Source: Aeropyrum pernix K1 (GTDB lineage Archaea; Thermoproteota; Thermoprotei_A; Sulfolobales; Acidilobaceae). From it: a DNA stretch of 32,000 nucleotides. The translations under genes were made by a program, and so were the position numbers. Position 1 is the stretch's first letter. Every line of letters begins with the position of its first letter. The stretch lies in contig NC_000854.2 of NCBI RefSeq assembly GCF_000011125.1, positions 1,440,001 through 1,472,000 on the forward strand, in the 5' to 3' direction. The notes beneath the pieces are model-generated. The model had not been told where the DNA came from. It did no database searches and was given only the letters and a program-made list of their open reading frames with translations. This document shows, one piece after another, positions 1-6,780 of this stretch.

Positions 1-951
1 GCTTTCAGGACCTGGCTTACCGTGGGCGTGCTTCTTACAGGGGCTGCGGGCGTTCTGAGGCTTCTAGACCCCCTCAGCTACGAGTGGCTGCTGGCATGCC
101 AGGTCCTCGCTGCACTGGGCCAGCCCCTACTACTCAACTCCTTCGCCCCCGCAGCATCAACAATCAGGCCAGAGCGTAGGGATACCGTGGTCTCGCTCCT
201 AAGTTTCGCCATGTACCTGGGAATCATATACGCCCTAGGAACAGGCTACTACATCTACACCAGGCTCGGCCTCCAATGGTTAAACATACCTATCGCAGCT
301 GTATCGGCAGCCAGTGTAATACTGTATGTAGCAGGTCTACCAGCATTACCTCAGCAGGCGGGGTCAGGTCTCGGTTTCAAGGATGTGGTGTCAGAGTTTA
401 GACTATTGGCTGGCAGGAGGGATCTATGGCTTCTCGGCCTAATACTAGGCTTGGGTGTGGCACTGTTCGACAACATGTCGATATGGCTTGAGGCCGCGCT
501 GTCACCGAAGGGACTGGGAGACATAGCTGGCAGCTCTGTAGCCTTAGCACTCTTGGCAGGCCTGGTGGGCGTTGCGGTCATACCCCCCAGGGTTGTTAGG
601 GTTGGGTTAAGATCGTGGTACATCAGGGCGGCGGCGCTACTAGTAGCCGTATTATACCTAGCCTTAGCACTGGAGACGAGCAGGCTAGCAGTGCAAACTT
701 TGATCCCGCTGGCGGGGCTTGTCATGCTCCCCGCATACCCAGTGATAATGGAGTGGATATCAACCTACTACGATAAGCGGCTCCAGGGCAAAGCTGCAGG
801 GGCCATAGGGTTCGTGAGCAGGATCCTCACAGTATCCCTCGCATCGGCCGCTACACTATTCCTCTCTAGCCCCTCAGCCTACTTCACATTCCTAGCAGTA
901 CTTTCAACAATAGCATTTGCCATAGCCCTTCTACTCCCCTCAGACCGCTGA
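1..951 (+). CDS. MFS-like multi-TM transporter, N-terminus truncated by window edge
   Basis: Frame is open back to base 1; protein is many hydrophobic TM-like segments with MFS-like spacing (ORF track 22..951). Confidence 0.6.
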   Translation, partial: AFRTWLTVGVLLTGAAGVLRLLDPLSYEWLLACQVLAALGQPLLLNSFAPAASTIRPERRDTVVSLLSFAMYLGIIYALGTGYYIYTRLGLQWLNIPIAAVSAASVILYVAGLPALPQQAGSGLGFKDVVSEFRLLAGRRDLWLLGLILGLGVALFDNMSIWLEAALSPKGLGDIAGSSVALALLAGLVGVAVIPPRVVRVGLRSWYIRAAALLVAVLYLALALETSRLAVQTLIPLAGLVMLPAYPVIMEWISTYYDKRLQGKAAGAIGFVSRILTVSLASAATLFLSSPSAYFTFLAVLSTIAFAIALLLPSDR

Positions 952-997
952 AAAACGGTATGGGAAAGTTTTGGCACGCTCCTGCCGTTCCCTAACC

Positions 998-2641
998 TTA
1001 TTTGAGGAGCAGCCTTAAGACCGCTGCAGCCACGACAAGTGCAGCCAGCACTATAATTAGAGTGCGCGTGTCCAGCCCGAGGACGCTCCATATCGATGTT
1101 GTTACCGTGGATAGCGTCTTGGTTATTGTACCTATCGTTGCCGTATACGTTCCCACTTCGGTAAAAGTCTCTGTCTTGGTAACTGTTGCTGTTGCACCTC
1201 CTGTTACAGTCGATGTTACAGTTCTATAGCTTGTACTCGTCTCTGTTACAACCACAGTAGATGTTGAGCCTGCACCGCCTCCGGAGGCTCCACTTCCTGG
1301 TTCTTCTCCAGAGAGAATTTTCTGGATATCACTGCTAGAGAGGTAGATGAGGGCGTAGTTGTTGGAGAAGCTTAGCTCAGCGCCACCACCCTCCACAGCT
1401 ATGTATGCAACAAGGTCCTCGCCGGTATATCCCGAGTCAGGGAGGCTCAGCTCGACTCCTATAGTGTAAGTCCGTTTATCGCTCACGGCCAGGGGTGTAT
1501 CGTAGATGGCGGAAGCGCTGTAGACAGGGGTCTCCTCGTTGCTCCCGAGGAGCATAGCCCATATGAGCAGGTCATCCGTCATGTCGGCGTCTCCCATGTT
1601 GAAAACTTCTACGTCAGCCTCAATCACAATAGTAGGGCCCTCCTTGACAGCATAGCTGGTGTTCAGGAGCGTTAGAGCTGGGTCTGGAGGGTCTGTTGTC
1701 ATGCCTTTGGTCTTCAAGCCTCCAGCCGAAGTCACGGGCGCGCCCTTCCCGTCTAGGTCGAAAACAATTATCGGCGGCATCTTGGGCGACGACACTATGG
1801 GGGGTAACGCGGATATCTCCTTCTCGATAAGCCTCTTGAGGTGCGTCATAACCTTGGGGTCAGCCTCAAACTTGAACCACTTCCACGCAGGGTCGCTACC
1901 CTTGACGAGCTTCGAAGAGAGCGTAGAGAGTGCTGGATCTGAGGAGCTGGCGTAGAGTCTCGGCGTCCTCTTCAGTATGTTGCAAACCTCTAGCATGTCC
2001 TTAACAGTACCCCTTATCATAGACTCAGTCTTCTTGGGATCGGACGCGAGAGAGTCGGGGTCACGGCCTTTGATTATAGATGCCACAGCATGGCCGAGTG
2101 GAGGGCTATAGCCTTTGTGGGCGAAGGAGTCTTGGAGAGCGTGGAGGTAGACGCCATAGCCTGCTAGTACGCCCTGTGTTGGCCCCGCAGAGACGAAGCC
2201 CCCGTGGGCCGAGGACTTGCTCTTGGACAGGTAGGATGCTACTTCGGAGGGGCTGCCCATCGAGTGGAGCGTCTTCAGCTGTGTTGTATACCTATTATAC
2301 TCGTCGATAATAGCCCTAACAATAATATCAGGGAGCAGGACGTAAGCGGCCTTTCCATACCTCTTCACATAATCGTTTATTGTCTTCTTTATGGCGGTGC
2401 TGAGGCCGGGAAGAGGTGAGGTATCCGAGTCTAAGTCTACAGACATGTTCGCACTGGCTATAATTCTAGCCTCTATCGGCTCGAAGCAAGTAGCCAGGGC
2501 TAGGTAGTAGGTTAGGTAATAGTGAGTGTCCTTCTCATAGGCTTCGGCAGTGTAGACAGCCGGTGCAGATGGGGCTACGAGGGCTATCACTAAAGCTGCT
2601 GACACAAGTTTTAAAAACACGCTTCTAGGTTTTTGCACCAA
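998..2641 (-). CDS. Secreted, C-terminally anchored protein with zinc-dependent phospholipase C-like His motifs
   Basis: N-terminal signal peptide; DTHYYLTYY and YLHALQDSFAHKG motifs; Thr-rich stalk (TVTSTVTGGATATVTKTETFT); C-terminal TM ending RLLLK; TTG start preceded by GGAGG. Confidence 0.6.
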   Translation of the reverse strand: MVQKPRSVFLKLVSAALVIALVAPSAPAVYTAEAYEKDTHYYLTYYLALATCFEPIEARIIASANMSVDLDSDTSPLPGLSTAIKKTINDYVKRYGKAAYVLLPDIIVRAIIDEYNRYTTQLKTLHSMGSPSEVASYLSKSKSSAHGGFVSAGPTQGVLAGYGVYLHALQDSFAHKGYSPPLGHAVASIIKGRDPDSLASDPKKTESMIRGTVKDMLEVCNILKRTPRLYASSSDPALSTLSSKLVKGSDPAWKWFKFEADPKVMTHLKRLIEKEISALPPIVSSPKMPPIIVFDLDGKGAPVTSAGGLKTKGMTTDPPDPALTLLNTSYAVKEGPTIVIEADVEVFNMGDADMTDDLLIWAMLLGSNEETPVYSASAIYDTPLAVSDKRTYTIGVELSLPDSGYTGEDLVAYIAVEGGGAELSFSNNYALIYLSSSDIQKILSGEEPGSGASGGGAGSTSTVVVTETSTSYRTVTSTVTGGATATVTKTETFTEVGTYTATIGTITKTLSTVTTSIWSVLGLDTRTLIIVLAALVVAAAVLRLLLK

Positions 2642-2775
2642 ATAACATCCTCCAACCCAACTTCTAAATGGTTAGTACCACTTCTTGTGGAGAACGTTAT
2701 TATAACCACATATATATTTTATAGTGAAGATACATACCAGTGAGAGATCACCGTATAGGAAACAATAGAAAACAC

Positions 2776-4758
2776 CTAGAGTTCCCTCAACACCCTTCCG
2801 GGCTCCTCCTGGAAAGCCGATCCGTAACCAACTAGTATCACTGTATCCGGCTGAAGGGCATCAAGTATCTCAGGCCTGTTTGTAGAAACTATGAGCGTTA
2901 TGCCTTTGCTTCGAGCCAGCTTGCCGAGCTTTCGCGCTATCCTCCTCGCTGTCAACGGGTCCAGGTGAGCCATAAACTCGTCTATAACCAGTAGATTGGG
3001 TCTCTCTGCCAGGAGGCTGGCTAGTTTAGCCCTCTCCTTCTGCCCTGTGCTGAGCTCTCCGAAGCTGGCTCTGAAGAATATTGCGTCACCCAGGCCCACA
3101 CTGCTGAGGACCTCGACAGCAGCCCCCGGGTCGCCGAGCTTAGAAGCCACATGCTCCAGCAGCGTCTCACCACCGAAGGATGGCTCCAGCTCGCCCGGGA
3201 GGAGTGCGGCCGCCTTGGTGTTTGTTGGTATCTTAACCACGCCGCTATCAGGCCTATAACCCTCGCCACCTATACCCAGCGCCTTTCCGAGTATCATTCG
3301 TAGCAGTGTGGTCTTCCCCGCCCCGCTGGCGCCGACGACCGCTGCCACGCTCCCTGGGTTCACAGTTATATTAACATCCTTCAGGACATACCTTTCCACC
3401 ACCCTCCTTTCGGCGCCGAACGCTCTTAGCACATCCTGAAGCTCCCTAGGCAGCCTCTCTATATCGAGGACGCTTCTGTAGGATTTTGTAACCCCCACTA
3501 GTGATTCAGGCTCGCTCAGCATCTCTACGGGGCTATATCTAGGCCTGTAGAGGACGCCTCCATGGCTTTTAGCCACGGGATCGCTGGACAGGAACTTTTC
3601 GATTATTCGCCTAGCCTCCTCTGTTAGTGGGTGCATAAGTACCGGCCGGCCGCTAGCCGTGTCCCACATGTACTTGAAACCTGCGCGCTCGAAGAAGGGA
3701 TTGTACCTGGCCATCTGTGCTATAGTCTCCACAACATGCTTAGCCCTCCTCATCTCCGGTATCCTCCTCTCCCTGATCCACTCTAGAGCCAGGCTAACAG
3801 AGGCTACCCCAAGCCCGTCTCCCCTATAGTCTGGGTGGACTACAACACGGGCTATCCTTGCGGCGGCCGTGTTAGCCCTTCTAAGTGCTTCATCAGCTAT
3901 CTCCTCGCCTACAGCAGCCCTGGCGATTCTCCTGCTGCCGTATAGCTTGGCGAGCTCCCTGAACCTGGCCAGCAGGCTTCGCCTATTACGGGGTTCTACT
4001 GGCCAGAAGGTCGGGTGGAACCAGTATTTCGGGAACACCTTTTCTCTTATCATCTTCTCGACTCCAAAACCTCCCCCAGGCTTGGGGACGCGGCGGTGCA
4101 TCAGGGGTATCGGGGTGTCAACCCTCACGTAACCCACTATCCTTGGCTCGTACGGCTTGCGGTCTAGAAGTTCGACAACCATGAATCTGCTGCTGGGCAG
4201 GCTTCCCCTTATTTCCTGGAGCTTCATGGGAACTCCGTCTCTAGGGCATTCTGGCTGTAGATTACTCTCTAGATAGACCCCGCATACTGGACACCTCCAT
4301 ATAGCTACTATCTCCTCTTTGCTGGCGTAGTGGTACTGTTCAAGCCCAACTATCTCTTTATAATCCTCCTCGGTTTGGGCCTCCCTGGCGAGGAGTCTAT
4401 AACTATATACCCTCCTGCCGGTGATAGTCTCCCTGTCAATCGATACAACCTTTCTCCAAACAGGCCATACTAGAACCCTCTCCCCTCTATAGATTCTCCA
4501 GAGCCTGTAACTCTCCCTAGGTGCAACCATGACACCATCTATATCCTCGGGTTCCTCGTGAAGCTCTAGCTCAACAGTTTCGCCGGGCGAGAACCAGCGG
4601 GCTATGCCGCCAGTCATAAACAAATGGAGTCTTCCTCCCTCGTGCTCTACAGTAAGTCCGCCCAGCCACCTCCAGCCCACGCGGGGTATACGCTGCCCGA
4701 TTACTTTAGCCTTAAAAGGCCTCATGAGGGGAGGGTTGTGAGAGGACACACAATACAC
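2776..4758 (-). CDS. GNAT-family acetyltransferase domain fused to ABC-type ATPase (COG2401-like)
   Basis: GNAT-like RVVVHPDYRGDGLGVASVSLALEWI followed by Walker A GASGAGKTTLL, signature-like SFGELSTGQKERAKLASLL and Walker B NLLVIDEFMAHLD. Start either GTG 4758 (TATA-like TTTATAC at about 4785-4794 fits a leaderless start) or ATG 4725. Confidence 0.85.
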   Translation of the reverse strand: MYCVSSHNPPLMRPFKAKVIGQRIPRVGWRWLGGLTVEHEGGRLHLFMTGGIARWFSPGETVELELHEEPEDIDGVMVAPRESYRLWRIYRGERVLVWPVWRKVVSIDRETITGRRVYSYRLLAREAQTEEDYKEIVGLEQYHYASKEEIVAIWRCPVCGVYLESNLQPECPRDGVPMKLQEIRGSLPSSRFMVVELLDRKPYEPRIVGYVRVDTPIPLMHRRVPKPGGGFGVEKMIREKVFPKYWFHPTFWPVEPRNRRSLLARFRELAKLYGSRRIARAAVGEEIADEALRRANTAAARIARVVVHPDYRGDGLGVASVSLALEWIRERRIPEMRRAKHVVETIAQMARYNPFFERAGFKYMWDTASGRPVLMHPLTEEARRIIEKFLSSDPVAKSHGGVLYRPRYSPVEMLSEPESLVGVTKSYRSVLDIERLPRELQDVLRAFGAERRVVERYVLKDVNITVNPGSVAAVVGASGAGKTTLLRMILGKALGIGGEGYRPDSGVVKIPTNTKAAALLPGELEPSFGGETLLEHVASKLGDPGAAVEVLSSVGLGDAIFFRASFGELSTGQKERAKLASLLAERPNLLVIDEFMAHLDPLTARRIARKLGKLARSKGITLIVSTNRPEILDALQPDTVILVGYGSAFQEEPGRVLREL

Positions 4759-5016
4759 CCTTTTCTAGAGTTTCTGGCTACACAAGTATAAACACGATCT
4801 AGTTTGAAACTATGCTCACTACCCAAATTTTAGACAGGCATTTCACAAGCAGGCTAAACAGCAATGCTGCTAGCACCGATTATAATCACCTTTATCATCC
4901 TCCTTACTAGTTCGAGAGCGTCATGTGCTCTATATGTAAAATGAGACACCCCTTCAAGTTTATTAAAAACATTTTTTTAGCAGACAGTCACATTAGAACA
5001 TTACGGTGCACAAGAC

Positions 5017-5121
5017 GTGGAGGAGTTCGAGTGTAAGGAGTGTGGAGTGAAGTTTGCTACAAAAGAAGAATTCGAGAAGCACATTAAAGAACACCACTCA
5101 CATCACCACCATCATCATTGA
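5017..5121 (+). CDS. 34-aa C2H2 zinc finger microprotein with C-terminal hexahistidine
   Basis: GTG start at 5017: MEEFECKECGVKFATKEEFEKHIKEHHSHHHHHH*; C-x2-C-x12-H-x3-H; in-frame stop at 4978-4980; GGTG Shine-Dalgarno-like at 5006-5009; TATA-like TTTATTAAAA at 4959. Confidence 0.65.
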   Translation: MEEFECKECGVKFATKEEFEKHIKEHHSHHHHHH

Positions 5122-5562
5122 CTGTAACAAACAACTGAGAGTAACTGTAACTCCTTTTAAACATATATTTCTGATTCGCTAATGTAATATCTTAACTCAA
5201 CCTTGGTCAATCCAGCACCTTTAGGACGTCGGGACCGCGTGATATCGTGATATAATGTGGAAGGATTATCATGTAGGTTTTTCGAGGGATTTCCCTCCAC
5301 GCCTTCACTAGCTTATTAGCTTCTTAGACGGCTATTGAGGTTGGTTAATTAGACATCATTGTGTAAACTCAAGATAGCGCCTTAAACTGTCTTTATTAAA
5401 ATATTTTTAGCATATACGTATTCCCAGGGCAACGCTATGTTACCCGGGCCCGACAGAGGTTCTCATAATAGTTCTGCTTAATCTCTCGAGTGTAACGACT
5501 GTTTATTGGTTTTTGGGGGATTTGAGGAGGTATTGGGAAGGCTTCGGGTCCGAGTGGCTTGA

Positions 5563-6762
5563 ATGGTGGTTTGTGTGATGGATCAGTCGGGGGGCCTCAG
5601 GCTGGGTGGGCGTAGCTCTCTGACTTTAGGCATGGTTGTCCTGTTTGGGGTGGCGCTAGGTGGAGCAATTTTAGGGTTCCTGGCGGGAGAGCTTAGCCAG
5701 ACTTCTCTAGTATACTCGTCCCAGTGTTATCTGAAATCTTCCTCTCAGCTCGAAGGATTAGTAGAAGCTAGCGGGAGGATAGCTGTTATGTTTTCTAGTG
5801 AGACTTGCCCTACCTGCAAGGTAATAGAGCCGGTCTGGACGGAATTATGCGAGAGTGGCGGTTATAAGGGGGTCAGGCTGGCGGTGATAAAGCTTGATAA
5901 TGATACTGCTGATGCTTTCCTGAAGAACAACGTTACGGGCACACCCACTTTCATACTCTTCGAGAACGGTAAGGAGCTGTCGAGGTATGTTGGAGCGTTT
6001 AAGGGAGACATTGAAGACGGTATTAAGGAATGGATAGACGCCAGCCTTAGGCAGGACGGAGCTTCCGGCGGCACCACAGAAATTTTCGGGGGATCAGCTA
6101 CACCGGTTAACACCTCCAGTCAAGGAGCTATTCTATCACTTTCCAGTACTGTGACAATTATGACGGCTTTCCTAGCAGGCTTCATAGCAGCCCTGTCGCC
6201 CTGCGTTCTGCCTGTTCTCTATTCGTACATAACAGGGCTAGGCGTATCCTCAGGGGGAAAGCCGCCTGTCCATGCTATAATCCTCGCCCCCATGCTGGCC
6301 GCCCTTGGAGCCGCCTCGATAGGCGCGCTCTTCCTAGGCCTTGGAAGCGTGCTTGAGCCTTTCCGCCAGGCTCTCCTTTTCGCTGCATCCATAGTGCTAG
6401 TATCAGCTGGCATCCTTGAGCTGATGGGAATACCAACCTATACTGCCATAAGGATTAGGAGTGGCGGCGGTTTGTTCGGTTTCAGTCTTCTATATGGCGT
6501 GCTGTCGGTTCAATGCAGCCTCCCACTGGTACTGGGCGGCCTTCTGCTTGTGGCAGGTGGCGGCTTAGAAGCGGGTCTTATTTCCCTAGCGGCCTTCTCT
6601 ATCGGAATCGGGATGCCAGTAGCAATAGCGGTTGCAGCAGTTAGAACGGGGATAGCGAGGGTTCCGGGGATACTGGGTTCGGCTAGGCTGTTGAAGGCAG
6701 GTTATCTCGCAGTATCCATAGGTGGTGTGTATATGCTTGCATACTCGCTTGGCGTGATATGA
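5563..6762 (+). CDS. ccdA: Membrane protein: N-terminal thioredoxin-like domain (CPTC) fused to CcdA/DsbD-like transmembrane domain
   Basis: MFSSETCPTCKVIEPVW thioredoxin motif, cis-Pro GTPTFILF; ALSPCVLPVLYSYITG and LSVQCSLPLVLGG CcdA motifs. Alternative ATG at 5578. Confidence 0.85.
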   Translation: MVVCVMDQSGGLRLGGRSSLTLGMVVLFGVALGGAILGFLAGELSQTSLVYSSQCYLKSSSQLEGLVEASGRIAVMFSSETCPTCKVIEPVWTELCESGGYKGVRLAVIKLDNDTADAFLKNNVTGTPTFILFENGKELSRYVGAFKGDIEDGIKEWIDASLRQDGASGGTTEIFGGSATPVNTSSQGAILSLSSTVTIMTAFLAGFIAALSPCVLPVLYSYITGLGVSSGGKPPVHAIILAPMLAALGAASIGALFLGLGSVLEPFRQALLFAASIVLVSAGILELMGIPTYTAIRIRSGGGLFGFSLLYGVLSVQCSLPLVLGGLLLVAGGGLEAGLISLAAFSIGIGMPVAIAVAAVRTGIARVPGILGSARLLKAGYLAVSIGGVYMLAYSLGVI

Positions 6763-6780
6763 GCTGGGGGGCCTTGTTAA

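Noticed and set aside
351-725. ORF on minus strand opposite the MFS gene
   Set aside because: Lies entirely antisense to a better-supported membrane protein; low-complexity Ser/Thr-rich translation typical of antisense frames in a GC-rich genome. The same reasoning applies to 2996-3269, 3869-4132, 5862-6113, 6219-6413, 8010-8294, 9111-9380, 10919-11678, 12296-13110, 15531-15782, 16598-16983, 19972-20814, 23310-24354, 26204-27472, 27829-28308, 28322-28528, 29021-29876, 30202-30584 and 31666-31911
4970-4980. T-rich run ATTTTTTTAG as terminator
   Set aside because: There is no convergent + strand gene upstream; more likely part of the promoter block of the zinc-finger microgene
5240-5260. GTGATATC/GTGATATA short repeat
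   Set aside because: Two imperfect 8-mers only; chance level in AT-rich intergenic DNA
5437-5481. 14-codon ORF MLPGPDRGSHNSSA
   Set aside because: No Shine-Dalgarno, no recognisable motif, length expected by chance
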